Shown: piece by piece, positions 18,988-28,690 of the stretch
Layout of the letters: each line of letters opens with the position of its first letter
How positions within the stretch are numbered: the stretch's first letter is position 1
From: an uncultured Actinomycetota bacterium
GTDB lineage: Bacteria; Actinomycetota; Actinomycetes; CAVWCF01
Assembly: GCA_963753435.1 (NCBI GenBank)
Contig: CAVWCF010000001.1
Coordinates: 1,376,001 to 1,440,000 of the forward strand
DNA: 64,000 nt
Direction of reading: 5' to 3'
Made by a program: the position numbers and the translations under genes
Notes under the pieces: generated by a model
The model's input: only the letters and a program-made list of their open reading frames with translations
Told to the model about the DNA's origin: nothing
Database searches by the model: none

Positions 18988-19102
18988 GCGCCGGCGAACT
19001 GTATCAGCCATCACGCGATGCGATTCCGGCTCAGACGGGCGGTCCTCACTAGGCTGAAGCCCGTTCCAGTCGCCCACGGCGACCAAGAGATCGGGGTCTG
19101 CA

Positions 19103-19792
19103 TTGAGTCTGCTCGGCCGGTTCGAGCAACGGTTGGAGAAGCTGGTCAGCGGCTCCTTCGGCCGGGCCTTCCGCTCCGACCTGCAACCGGTGGAGGTTGC
19201 CGCCGCGCTGCAGCGCGAGTGCGACGATCGCGCCGCGGTCATCGACACCGACCGGACGCTGGTCCCCAACGCGTTCGTTGTTGAGATCGCGCCCCCGGAT
19301 GCCGATCGGCTCGACCCCTACTTGGCGCCGCTCACCTCGGAGTTGGCGACCATGGTGGCCGAGCACGTCGCCGCGCAGCGCTACCAGACCGTCAGCTCGG
19401 TGAAGGTGGGCTTCGAGACCCACGAGGACCTGCACACCGGGATGTTCCGGATCCGCAGCGCGGTGGAGGGCGGCGTGATCCCGGTGACACCGGTGCCGTT
19501 GGACACCGAGACGGTCGGCCCGCGCCTGATCGCCGGCGACACTGTTTACCCGCTGGCCCGGGACGTGACCGTGATCGGGCGGGGCACGGACGTGGACTTG
19601 CGCCTGGAGGACCCCGGGGTGTCCCGGCGGCACTGTCGGGTACGGCTGCGCGACGGCTACCCGTTCGTCCAAGACCTTGGCTCCACCAACGGCACCTTCG
19701 TCGACGGCAAGCGCATCACCGAATCGGTCGAGGTCGACGACGGTGCCGTCATCACCCTGGGTGGGGCCACCCTGACGCTGCGATTGACCTGA
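19103..19792 (+). CDS. fhaA: FhaA (DUF3662 + FHA)
   Basis: FEQRLEKLV..FRSDLQPVE; FHA motifs IGRG..VSRRH..DLGSTNGT. Confidence 0.92.
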   Translation: MSLLGRFEQRLEKLVSGSFGRAFRSDLQPVEVAAALQRECDDRAAVIDTDRTLVPNAFVVEIAPPDADRLDPYLAPLTSELATMVAEHVAAQRYQTVSSVKVGFETHEDLHTGMFRIRSAVEGGVIPVTPVPLDTETVGPRLIAGDTVYPLARDVTVIGRGTDVDLRLEDPGVSRRHCRVRLRDGYPFVQDLGSTNGTFVDGKRITESVEVDDGAVITLGGATLTLRLT

Positions 19793-20265
19793 TGTCCGAC
19801 GTCACGCTGCTGTTGCTGCGGCTGTCCTTCCTGGCCCTGCTGTGGCTGTTCGTGCTGCTCGTTGTGGCCGTGCTCCGCGCGGAGTTGGCGCCCAAGCGGA
19901 CCGGAGCCCCGGGATCGAGTAAGGCCCGTGGACCGGCGAAGGCCAAGGCGAAGCCGGCGGCCAAGCCCAGCAAGTCGGCCGGAGCTGTTCTTGTCACGCT
20001 GCACACCGCCGCCGGTTCGCGCGCAGTCGAACTCGACGGCGACCAGATCACCTTCGGTCGCAATGCCGACAACAACGTGACGCTTACTGATGACTACGCC
20101 TCCGGCCACCACTGCCGCCTCGTCCGCGACGGCAAGACCTGGCGCTTAGAGGACACCGGCTCGACCAACGGCACCTACGTCAAAGGCAATCGGATCAACG
20201 CGCCCGTGCGGCTCAAGGCGGGCAGTCGGTTCACCATCGGCAGCACCGAGATCGAGATCTCGTGA
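19792..20265 (+). CDS. fhaB: FhaB/FipA FHA-domain protein
   Basis: N-terminal TM; FGR...DDYASGHH...DTGSTNGT. Confidence 0.9.
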   Translation: MSDVTLLLLRLSFLALLWLFVLLVVAVLRAELAPKRTGAPGSSKARGPAKAKAKPAAKPSKSAGAVLVTLHTAAGSRAVELDGDQITFGRNADNNVTLTDDYASGHHCRLVRDGKTWRLEDTGSTNGTYVKGNRINAPVRLKAGSRFTIGSTEIEIS

Positions 20266-21458
20266 CGCTGGGTCTGCGCACCGCCGGACGCTCCGACGTC
20301 GGACTGGTACGAGCCGGAAACGAGGACTCCGGCTTTGCTCAGGACGGACCGCAGGCGCTGCTGGTCGTTGCCGATGGCATGGGTGGGCACGCCGCCGGCG
20401 AGGTCGCCAGCCGCCTCGCCACGGAACAAGTGGTGGAGCGCGCTCCAACCCAAGCCAGTACACCGGACCCCGATCCGGCGGAGGCGCTGCGAAAGGTGGT
20501 GGCTGAGGCCGACGCCGCCGTAGCGGCGGCCGTTCGCCAGCAGGCGGAACGTGCTGGGATGGGCACCACCCTCACGATCGCCTTGCTCGACGCTGACGAA
20601 CTGGTTGTGGCGCAGGTGGGTGACTCTCGCGGCTATCTGCTGCGTGACGGCGAGTTGACCCAACTCACCCACGACCAGACCTATGTACAGACGCTGATCG
20701 ACGACGGCCAACTCACCGCCGACGAGGCCGCCGAGCACCCGGCCCGATCGGTCCTGACGCAGGCAGTTGACGGTTCCGGGCACGCCGAACCGGTCATCTC
20801 GCGGATCCCCGTCCGCGCCGGTGACCGAGTGCTGTTGTGCAGCGACGGTTTGACGGCGGTCGTAGCCGACGCGGAACTGGCACAACTGCTGGCCGATGAC
20901 TCGGTGGATCGAGTAGTCGACGCGCTGGTCCGCGCCGCCCTGGATGGCGGTGCGCCGGACAACGTCACCGTGGTCGTGGCCGACGTCGTCGAGGACGGCC
21001 CGACCAGTGCGCCCATGTGGCTTGGGGCGGCAACCCCACACCCGCCCGCGACCTCGGAGTCGCCGGACCTGGCCAGCGAGGACGACGCTGAGGCGGACCA
21101 GCCGCGCGGGGGCCCCCTGGGGCTGCTCGGCCTGGCCCTGGCCCTCAGTGGTCTGGCGGTGATCGCGTTCGCGGGCGCCCACGCCTGGGCGTCCAACCAA
21201 TGGCAGGTTGGCGAGCGGGACGGGCGCGTGGCGGTCTACCGCGGACTGCCCGAAGGTCTACTTGGGCTGCCCACCGGTGGGCCCGTGTCGATTTCCGAGG
21301 TGCGGGTCGCGAACCTGCCCGCCATCGAGAAGGCCTCCGTCGAGTCCGGGTTGGCTGCTGACGACGAGCTCGACGCCCGTGCGATTCTCGACCGGCTGCG
21401 AGCGGCCGAACGGCTGTGCGTCCAGGCCGATCCGGAACCGGGGTGCCCCGGGAGATGA
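20262..21458 (+). CDS. pstP: PP2C Ser/Thr phosphatase
   Basis: RAGNED, VADGMGGH, VGDSRGY, LCSDGL, DNVTV, then a TM segment. Confidence 0.93.
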   Translation: MTLGLRTAGRSDVGLVRAGNEDSGFAQDGPQALLVVADGMGGHAAGEVASRLATEQVVERAPTQASTPDPDPAEALRKVVAEADAAVAAAVRQQAERAGMGTTLTIALLDADELVVAQVGDSRGYLLRDGELTQLTHDQTYVQTLIDDGQLTADEAAEHPARSVLTQAVDGSGHAEPVISRIPVRAGDRVLLCSDGLTAVVADAELAQLLADDSVDRVVDALVRAALDGGAPDNVTVVVADVVEDGPTSAPMWLGAATPHPPATSESPDLASEDDAEADQPRGGPLGLLGLALALSGLAVIAFAGAHAWASNQWQVGERDGRVAVYRGLPEGLLGLPTGGPVSISEVRVANLPAIEKASVESGLAADDELDARAILDRLRAAERLCVQADPEPGCPGR

Positions 21459-22831
21459 CGGCCACGCGCAACCGGGAAGCTGCATTGCTGCTGGCGGCTT
21501 TGGTGGCGGTGGCGTTCGCCTGGGGCCAGGTTCAAGAGGCCATGACCGGCAGCCTCGGCGACCGTTTCTGGCTGGTCGTGGCCGGGTTCGCGGCGCTGGC
21601 CGCAGCGGCGCACTTGATGGTCCGACGGTTCGCGCCCGCAGCCGACCCGGCGTTGCTGCCGGCGGTGGTGCTGCTCAACGGCCTAGGTCTGGCGATGATC
21701 CATCGGCTGGACCTGGGCGAGGCCAACCGCGCTGAAGCCGCCGGGCTGGCGGCGCCGCAGGCGACCGCTCCGTCGCAGTTGCTCTGGACCGCGCTCTCCG
21801 TGGTGTCCTTCGCGCTCATCCTGATCTGGATCCGGGATCACCGGGTGCTGCAGCGGTACACGTTCACGGCGATGGTGGTGGGCCTGGTCCTGCTGCTGCT
21901 GCCGCTGCTTCCGGTGCTGGGCGTGACGATCAACGGCGCACGCATCTGGGTGCGGGCGCTCGGGCTGTCGTTTCAGCCGGCCGAGGTGGCCAAGGTGCTG
22001 CTGATCATCTTTTTCGCCGGCTACCTGACCCGGCAGCGGGACAGCCTGCGATCGATCCGGGCCCATGTGCTCGGGGTCCCCGTCCCGCGTGCGAAGGACC
22101 TCGGTCCGATCCTGCTCGCCTGGGCCGTTTCCATGGGCGTGCTCATCTTCGAGCGCGACCTGGGTGCCGCCCTGCTGCTCTTCGGCGTTTTCGTCGTCAT
22201 GCTCGCGGTCGCTACCGAACGATTCAGTTGGGTGCTGCTCGGCGCAGTCCTATTCGCGGCCGGGGCCTTCGTCGCGTACCAGTTGTTCGGTCACGTGCGG
22301 ACCCGTGTGGACATCTGGCTGGACCCGTTCGCCGACCCCAGCGGTTCCGGCTACCAAGTGGTGCAGAGCCTCTACGGACTGGCAAACGGCGGGCTGCTCG
22401 GGGCCGGCTGGGGGCAGGGGTCCCCGGGACTGGTGCCGTTCGCCAAGACCGACTTCATCGTGTCCGCCCTCGGTGAGGAACTCGGCCTGACCGGTCTCAT
22501 GGTGGTGGTCCTCGTCTACCTAGTGCTCGTACAGCGTGGCATCGCCACCGGACTGCGCGTCCGCGATGTGTTCGGGCGGCTGCTGGCCACCGGGCTGGCC
22601 TTCGTCATCGGCTTCCAGGTCTTCGTCATCATCGGCGGCGTTTCCGGCCTCATCCCACTGACCGGCCTGACCACCCCGTTCCTGTCCGCAGGTGGGTCCT
22701 CGCTGCTGGCCAACTGGGTGATCGTCGCGCTGTTGATGCGGGTGTCCGACGCAGCCCGGCGGCCGCCGCCGCCCCCGCCGCCGGCCCCGGAGCAGGCCGC
22801 AACCCAGGTAGTGCCGGTGGTGCCCTCATGA
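21455..22831 (+). CDS. rodA: RodA/FtsW SEDS protein
   Basis: Multi-TM; FQPAEVAK, RDLG, TDFI, IPLTGLTTPFLSAGGSS. Confidence 0.94.
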   Translation: MTATRNREAALLLAALVAVAFAWGQVQEAMTGSLGDRFWLVVAGFAALAAAAHLMVRRFAPAADPALLPAVVLLNGLGLAMIHRLDLGEANRAEAAGLAAPQATAPSQLLWTALSVVSFALILIWIRDHRVLQRYTFTAMVVGLVLLLLPLLPVLGVTINGARIWVRALGLSFQPAEVAKVLLIIFFAGYLTRQRDSLRSIRAHVLGVPVPRAKDLGPILLAWAVSMGVLIFERDLGAALLLFGVFVVMLAVATERFSWVLLGAVLFAAGAFVAYQLFGHVRTRVDIWLDPFADPSGSGYQVVQSLYGLANGGLLGAGWGQGSPGLVPFAKTDFIVSALGEELGLTGLMVVVLVYLVLVQRGIATGLRVRDVFGRLLATGLAFVIGFQVFVIIGGVSGLIPLTGLTTPFLSAGGSSLLANWVIVALLMRVSDAARRPPPPPPPAPEQAATQVVPVVPS

Positions 22832-24288
22832 TGGCCGGGTCGATCCGACGCACCGCGGTGATCCTCGGACTGCTGATGCTTGCGCTACTGGTCAACCTCT
22901 CGTTGATCCAGACCGTGCGCGCGGAGAACCTCAACGAACGAAACGACAACGCGCGCACGCTGATCCGTGAGTACTCCTACCCCCGCGGCCCCATCGTGGT
23001 CGGGGCCGATCCCGTTGCGGTGTCCGTGGCCGACCAAGGGACGCTGGAGTTCCTGCGCACGTACGCGACGGGTCCGCTGTACGCGCCGGCGACCGGCTTC
23101 TACTCACTGGTCTACGGACGCACCGCCATCGAGGAGGAGGAGAACTCCGTTCTCAGCGGTACGGACCCCGGGTTGTCCGCGGAACCACTGCTGGACTCGC
23201 TGCTGCGCCGCCCGACCGATCCGGGCAGCGTGCTGCTGACGCTCAACGCCGACGCCCAGCAGGCAGCCTTCGAAGGGCTCGGCCAACAGCGCGGCGCGGT
23301 CGTGGCACTGGAGCCGAACACCGGGCGGATCCTCGCTCTGGCGTCAACGCCGTCGTACGACCCGAACACCCTGTCCGGTCAGGACACCGCGGCGGTGAGC
23401 GATGCCTACAACGCCTACAACGAGGACCCCGATCAACCGCTGTTGAACCGACCGCTGGCCCGCACCTACCCACCAGGTTCGACGTTCAAGTTGGTGACCA
23501 GCGCAGCCGCGCTAATGAGCGGTGAGTACACGCCCGACACCGAGATCCCCGGCCCGGCCAGCCTGCCGCTGCCCGACACCAACATCTCGCTGTCGAACCT
23601 GGGCAAGCGCGCGTGCCTGGATGGAACCGTCACCCTCACTGAGGCGCTGCGTGTTTCGTGCAACACGGCCTTCGCACAGATCGGGCTGGACCTCGGCGCC
23701 GACGCCCTGCGCGAGCAGGCGGAGGCGTTCGGCTTCAACGACTCCTTCGATGTGCCCATGACGGCGGCCACCAGCGTGTTCCCGGACGATCTGAACCGGC
23801 CCCAGACGGCGCAGTCGGCGATCGGTCAGTTCGACGTTCGGGCGACGGCGCTGCAGATGGCACAGGTGACGGCGGCCATCGCCAACGGCGGCGAGTTGAT
23901 GAATCCCTACCTGGTCGATGAGGTCCGCGACTCCGACCTCGGCGTGCTGCGCCGAACGGTGCCGTCGGTCTTCAACCAATCGGTGACCCCAGAGGTGGCC
24001 GCCCAGCTGAACGCCATGATGGTTGACGTCGTGACGCGTGGCACGGGCCGCCCGGTCGCCATTCCTGGCGTCACGGTCGGCGGCAAGACCGGCACGGCGG
24101 AGACGGCACCCGGGGAGAATCCGCACGTTTGGTTCGTGGCGTTCGCGCCGGCGGAGCAGCCTCAGGTGGCCGTGGCGGTTGTGGTGGAGAACGGTGGCGA
24201 CCTGGGTTCAGAGGCCACCGGCGGCAGAGTTTCGGCCCCGATCGCGCGTGCCGTGATCGAGGCGGTGTTGGGATCTACGGGAGGATGA
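22828..24288 (+). CDS. pbpA: Class B penicillin-binding protein PbpA
   Basis: STFK, SCN and KTG motifs. Confidence 0.94.
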   Translation: MMAGSIRRTAVILGLLMLALLVNLSLIQTVRAENLNERNDNARTLIREYSYPRGPIVVGADPVAVSVADQGTLEFLRTYATGPLYAPATGFYSLVYGRTAIEEEENSVLSGTDPGLSAEPLLDSLLRRPTDPGSVLLTLNADAQQAAFEGLGQQRGAVVALEPNTGRILALASTPSYDPNTLSGQDTAAVSDAYNAYNEDPDQPLLNRPLARTYPPGSTFKLVTSAAALMSGEYTPDTEIPGPASLPLPDTNISLSNLGKRACLDGTVTLTEALRVSCNTAFAQIGLDLGADALREQAEAFGFNDSFDVPMTAATSVFPDDLNRPQTAQSAIGQFDVRATALQMAQVTAAIANGGELMNPYLVDEVRDSDLGVLRRTVPSVFNQSVTPEVAAQLNAMMVDVVTRGTGRPVAIPGVTVGGKTGTAETAPGENPHVWFVAFAPAEQPQVAVAVVVENGGDLGSEATGGRVSAPIARAVIEAVLGSTGG

Positions 24289-24292
24289 GCCG

Positions 24293-25993
24293 GTGACGGA
24301 AACCAATGGTGGCCCGGGTGCCCTGCTGGACGCTCGCTACGAACTAGGGCCGGTCGTCGGCCGCGGCGGGATGGCCGAGGTTTACGAGGCGCTGGACACC
24401 CGGCTCGGCCGCCGCGTGGCCATCAAGGTGCTGCGTTCGGAGTTGGCGCGTGACCCGTCCTTCCACACCCGCTTCCGTCGCGAGGCGCAATCCGCGGCCT
24501 CGTTGAACCACCCGAACATCGTGGCCGTGTACGACAGCGGCGAAGGCGAACTGAACGGATCGGTCGCGCCCTACATCGTCATGGAGTACGTCGACGGCGC
24601 CACCCTGCGGGACCTGACCAAGTCCGGCAGCCGGCTGCGGCCGGAGCGGGCGCTGGAGATAACCGACGGCGTCCTGGCCGCGCTGGACTACAGCCACCGC
24701 CAAGGCATCGTCCACCGCGACATCAAGCCCGGAAACATCATGATCACCAAATCCGGTGATGTGAAGGTTGCCGACTTCGGCATCGCCCGAGCCCTTTCCG
24801 ACAGTGCCGCCACCATGACCGGCGGTGGGTCAGTGATGGGCACCGCGCAGTACCTGTCCCCGGAGCAGGCGCGCGGGGAGAAGGTGGACGGTCGCTCCGA
24901 CCTGTACTCCACCGGCTGCCTGCTCTACGAGATGCTGGCCGGTCGGCCGCCGTTCGTCGGGGAGTCGCCGGTGGCAGTCGCCTACCAGCACGTCCGGGAA
25001 ACCGTGCCGCCGCCGAGCAGCCTGAGCCCCGACGTGTCCACCGCGTGCGACACCGTTTGCATGCGGGCACTGCAGAAGGACGTCGAGGCCCGCTACCAGA
25101 CCGCTGCCGAGATGCGCAGCGACGTGGAGCGAGCGATGCGCGGCTTCCCGGTGGCCGGGCCGACGGCGGTGGCCGGAACCGGCGACACGACCCAGGTGAT
25201 GCCTATCGCCGCCGCGGACGAGCAGTCCGGTCGCACGCGCACCATCTTGATCACGCTGGGCGTCGTCCTCGCGCTGGCAGCTGTTGGCACCTTGGCCTTC
25301 CTGCTGCTGCGCGGTGGCGACCAGGTGCGCATCCCGGATCTGACGGGTCAGACGCTGGAGGAAGCACGGACCAGCCTGACTGATCGCGGTCTGACGCTTG
25401 GCGACGTCAGCAGCGAGGAGTCCGACCGGCCCGCCGACGAGGTGTTGTCACAAGACCCGGCCGCCGGAGAGACCGTCGAGGAAGGCGCGACGGTAAACGT
25501 GACCGTCTCGGCCGGACCCGGACAAACCGTGGTCCCGACCCTGGTCGGGTTGAGCAAGGAGGCCGCGACCGAACAGCTCATCCGAGCCGGCCTGGAGCTG
25601 GGCCGACTGACCACGGTCGACAGCGCGGCTCCGGTCGATCAGGTCGTGACCGCCAACCCGGCTGAGGGAACCGAAGTCGACAAGGGGTCGGCCGTCGACC
25701 TGGAGATAAGCAGCGGCCGGTTCACCGTGCCCAACGTGGTCGGCAAGACCGAGGCGGAGGCACGAACGGAATTGGAGCAGGCCGGCTTCACGGTGCAGTC
25801 GGTCCCGCAGGTGACCAGCGCCGTGCCCGCCGGAACTGTCGTGCAGCAATCGCCAACCGCCGGCGCGGTGGTACGCCAGGGCAGCACCGTGACCATCTCG
25901 GTGGCTACGGCCCCGCCAACTCCGACACCAACACCCACGCCGACCCCGACACCAACACCCACGCCGACCCCGACACCAACACCGACGCCCTAG
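24293..25993 (+). CDS. pknB: Ser/Thr kinase with three PASTA domains
   Basis: GRGGMAEV, VAIK, HRDIKPGN, DFG, TM, PASTA x3, C-terminal PT tail. Confidence 0.95.
   Translation: MTETNGGPGALLDARYELGPVVGRGGMAEVYEALDTRLGRRVAIKVLRSELARDPSFHTRFRREAQSAASLNHPNIVAVYDSGEGELNGSVAPYIVMEYVDGATLRDLTKSGSRLRPERALEITDGVLAALDYSHRQGIVHRDIKPGNIMITKSGDVKVADFGIARALSDSAATMTGGGSVMGTAQYLSPEQARGEKVDGRSDLYSTGCLLYEMLAGRPPFVGESPVAVAYQHVRETVPPPSSLSPDVSTACDTVCMRALQKDVEARYQTAAEMRSDVERAMRGFPVAGPTAVAGTGDTTQVMPIAAADEQSGRTRTILITLGVVLALAAVGTLAFLLLRGGDQVRIPDLTGQTLEEARTSLTDRGLTLGDVSSEESDRPADEVLSQDPAAGETVEEGATVNVTVSAGPGQTVVPTLVGLSKEAATEQLIRAGLELGRLTTVDSAAPVDQVVTANPAEGTEVDKGSAVDLEISSGRFTVPNVVGKTEAEARTELEQAGFTVQSVPQVTSAVPAGTVVQQSPTAGAVVRQGSTVTISVATAPPTPTPTPTPTPTPTPTPTPTPTPTP
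25922..25983 (+). repeat. 24-bp tandem repeat encoding the (PT)n tail of PknB
   Basis: CCGACACCAACACCCACGCCGACC repeated about 2.6 times. Confidence 0.85.
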
Positions 25994-26030
25994 GCGCAAG
26001 GGGTTAGTTCGCGACGGTCAGTCGGCGCGG

Positions 26031-26645
26031 TCAGTTCGCGACGACCGGCGCCAGACCCGCCGACCGCGCCACCGCGTCCGGGTCGCCACAGGTCGACAGC
26101 CAGTTGGCCAGCAGCCGGTGACCGCCTTCGGTCAGTACCGACTCCGGGTGGAACTGCACCCCTTCGACGGGCAGGTCCGGGTGCCGCAACGCCATCACCA
26201 CGCCGGAATCGGTGTGGGCATTGACCAGCAACGGCTCCGGGACGCTGGTTGTCGCCAGCGAGTGGTACCTGGTGGCCGTGAACGGGCTGGGCAACCCGGT
26301 CAGTACGCCGGTGCCGTCGTGAAACACCGGCGAGGTCTTGCCGTGCAGTAGTTCCGGCGCCTGGCCAACTGAACCGCCGAACGCCACCGCGATGGCCTGG
26401 TGCCCAAGACAGACGCCGAGGATCGGCACCCGGCCGGCCTGCTCGCGAACAAGGTCAACACACACGCCGGCGCGCTCCGGTGTTCCCGGACCGGGACTGA
26501 GCAACACCCCGTCGTAGCCAGCGGCATCCGCCGGGGCGACTTCGTCGTTACGCCGAACGTCGCACTCCGCACCCAACTGGGCCAAGTACTGCACCAGGTT
26601 GAACACGAACGAGTCGTAGTTGTCGACCACCAGGATCCGTGCCAT
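26031..26645 (-). CDS. trpG: Aminodeoxychorismate/anthranilate synthase component II
   Basis: DNYDSF, SPGPG, GVCLGHQ, RYHSL, QFHPES. Confidence 0.93.
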   Translation of the reverse strand: MARILVVDNYDSFVFNLVQYLAQLGAECDVRRNDEVAPADAAGYDGVLLSPGPGTPERAGVCVDLVREQAGRVPILGVCLGHQAIAVAFGGSVGQAPELLHGKTSPVFHDGTGVLTGLPSPFTATRYHSLATTSVPEPLLVNAHTDSGVVMALRHPDLPVEGVQFHPESVLTEGGHRLLANWLSTCGDPDAVARSAGLAPVVAN

Positions 26646-26646
26646 C

Positions 26647-26859
26647 TCAGCCTCCGGAGTCAACAGTGCCGGACTCAAGCGTGCCCGAGTCCAAGGTTCC
26701 GGACTCGTCCACCGTTACGTCGTTGAACGGCAGTTGCGGCTCGACCCAGGGGAAGACCCAGATGAACAAGGACAGCACGATCGCAGCCACCAAGGTCAGG
26801 CTGACCAGCAGTTTGACGAACACCGGTCCGGGCAGGTGCCGCCAGATCCATGCGTACAC
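26647..26859 (-). CDS. Small membrane protein
   Basis: MYAWIWRHLPGP...FPWVEP, of the type usually found between sortase E and trpG in actinomycetes. Confidence 0.75.
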   Translation of the reverse strand: MYAWIWRHLPGPVFVKLLVSLTLVAAIVLSLFIWVFPWVEPQLPFNDVTVDESGTLDSGTLESGTVDSGG

Positions 26860-27552
26860 CTACAGCACCGGCGAGCCGGCCAGCGCCTCCGGCGGTCCGG
26901 CTTCCTTCAGCCGTTCGGACTCCAAGGTGCTGTAGACGATGAGGCGCTCGGTGGAGGCCCAGCGGGGGTGACACGTGGTCATGGTGAGCAGCGCCTGGCT
27001 GGGAGCCACTCCCGGCTGCTTGGGCACCGGCAGGATCACTTCGGTCTGCGTGGGCTTGACGATCTCCTGGTCCGTAACCCGATAGGTGAACCACTTCTCC
27101 TCGGTCTCGATGACCACCAGATCACCGGCCTCAAGAAGGTCCAGGTTTCGGAACGGCTCACCGTTGGTGGCGCGGTGACCGGCGATCGAGAAGTTGCCGA
27201 CCTGCCCCGGCAGCACCGTCTCGGGGTAGTGACCGATCCCCTTCTTCAGGTCGCCTTCGTTGACGCCCTCAACAACGGGCTTGACCCAGTCGGCGCCGAG
27301 CTTGGGGATGTAGATGAATGCGAATCCCTCACCCAGCGGCGGCTTGACCGGTACCGGTTCGACCGGTTCCACCGGGACCGGCACGGGCTGGCTGGACCAG
27401 TTCTGCCGGACGTCGCCGCTGACTCCGCTGGCTGCGGCATTCGCCGTGACGTTCGTCCACACCAGTTGGTAGACGCAGAAGAGCAGCACGACAACGCCGG
27501 CGGTGATCAGCAACTCGCCGGTGCCCCGGATCCCGGCCCGGATGGCGTTCAT
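26860..27552 (-). CDS. srtE: Class E sortase
   Basis: N-terminal TM, AGHR, TMTTCHP, ERLIV. Confidence 0.92.
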   Translation of the reverse strand: MNAIRAGIRGTGELLITAGVVVLLFCVYQLVWTNVTANAAASGVSGDVRQNWSSQPVPVPVEPVEPVPVKPPLGEGFAFIYIPKLGADWVKPVVEGVNEGDLKKGIGHYPETVLPGQVGNFSIAGHRATNGEPFRNLDLLEAGDLVVIETEEKWFTYRVTDQEIVKPTQTEVILPVPKQPGVAPSQALLTMTTCHPRWASTERLIVYSTLESERLKEAGPPEALAGSPVL

Positions 27553-28289
27553 CCGGTCACCTGCGCATTCGGGAGCTGCAGCGGGCCTTCGTACGCGGGC
27601 AACTCCACCTCCGTGCGGGAGACCTGATAGCCGAGACCGACGATCCCAGCCCACTCACGGTAGACGGCCACCGCCGGATCGGTATCCAGGCCCTCCTGAA
27701 GTCGGGTCTGGTCGCCGATCGCGACGATCTCGTAGGGCGGGGAGTAGACGCGGCCGTGCAGGATCAGGGTGTTGCCGACGCAACGGACGGCGCTCGTCGC
27801 CACGATTCGCTGACCCATGATGCTCATGGCTTCGGCGCCGGAACCCCACAAGGAGTTCACCACCGCCTGTACGTCCTGTTGGTGCACGACCAGATCGTCG
27901 TAGGTGATACCCACCGGCAACGGCTGGCCGGGCTCCGGGGCCGGTGCGTCGTCCAAGGCGACGGCCACGGCGGGCCCGCGTACCGCGCTCAGCCCCGCCT
28001 GCGGGGCGACCGTGTCACCGGCGCTGCGCTCGGCCGCCAGTGCCGAGTCCGTCTCGGCAAGGCGCGCGGAGTCCGCTTCCAGTTGCTCGCGCTCCGCCGC
28101 CGCCTGGGCGTCCAAGGCGGCGACCTCATCGGCGCGCTGGCCCACCAGGGCGGTCAGGTCCGTGCGTCGATCGGCGCGCTCATCCGCGGGGATGGACTGC
28201 GCCGAAGCCGCGATCAGCAGCCCAAAGACCACGAACACGCCGACAACTGCCACCCTCGGCAGCACCCGGCGTCCCGGCTCGGACTTCAT
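27549..28289 (-). CDS. DUF881 family protein
   Basis: VHQQDVQAVVNSLWGSGAEAM, VRCVGNTL, PPYEI. Confidence 0.9.
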   Translation of the reverse strand: MKSEPGRRVLPRVAVVGVFVVFGLLIAASAQSIPADERADRRTDLTALVGQRADEVAALDAQAAAEREQLEADSARLAETDSALAAERSAGDTVAPQAGLSAVRGPAVAVALDDAPAPEPGQPLPVGITYDDLVVHQQDVQAVVNSLWGSGAEAMSIMGQRIVATSAVRCVGNTLILHGRVYSPPYEIVAIGDQTRLQEGLDTDPAVAVYREWAGIVGLGYQVSRTEVELPAYEGPLQLPNAQVTG

Positions 28290-28373
28290 CGGCTCCTCCA
28301 CGACGTCTACGCTAGGCGGACGCGCGGGAAACTCGAACCGTTCCGCGCTGGCGCCGAAAGCTGGAGGAATGCC

Positions 28374-28628
28374 GTGCCCAAGTCCCGGGTCCGCAAGAAG
28401 GACAACTACAAGCCGCCGACGAACGCCGGTGGTCAGGCAGTCCGCAAGGAACCCGCGCGCTGGCCGCTGCCCACGATGCTGACTCTGTTCGGTATCGGAC
28501 TGGTGTGGATCATCGTGTTCTACCTGACCAGCGGGAGTTACCCGATCGAGGCGATCGGCAACTGGAACCTCATCGTGGGCTTCGTCTTCTTCGGCGGCGG
28601 CTTCGTCGCCGCCACCCAGTGGCGGTAG
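28374..28628 (+). CDS. crgA: Cell division protein CrgA
   Basis: GGAGG RBS; MPKSRVRKK...GLVWIIVFY...GNWN...TQWR. Confidence 0.93.
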   Translation: MPKSRVRKKDNYKPPTNAGGQAVRKEPARWPLPTMLTLFGIGLVWIIVFYLTSGSYPIEAIGNWNLIVGFVFFGGGFVAATQWR

Positions 28629-28652
28629 GCACCGACTTACACCGTTGGAATT

Positions 28653-28684
28653 CGATCCACATTGGGGACAACCCCTGTGGATAA
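28653..28684. promoter_or_regulatory. DnaA-box cluster outside oriC
   Basis: CGATCCACA (28653), TGGGGACAA (28663) and a perfect TGTGGATAA (28676). Confidence 0.7.
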
Positions 28685-28690
28685 CTCCGC

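Noticed and set aside
24293-25993. Absence of pknA beside pknB
   Set aside because: A single PASTA kinase at this locus occurs in other non-mycobacterial actinomycetes; not novel.
26006-26043. 11-bp direct repeat AGTTCGCGACG at the pknB/trpG junction
   Set aside because: Short, with no associated element; probably chance or a tiny local duplication.
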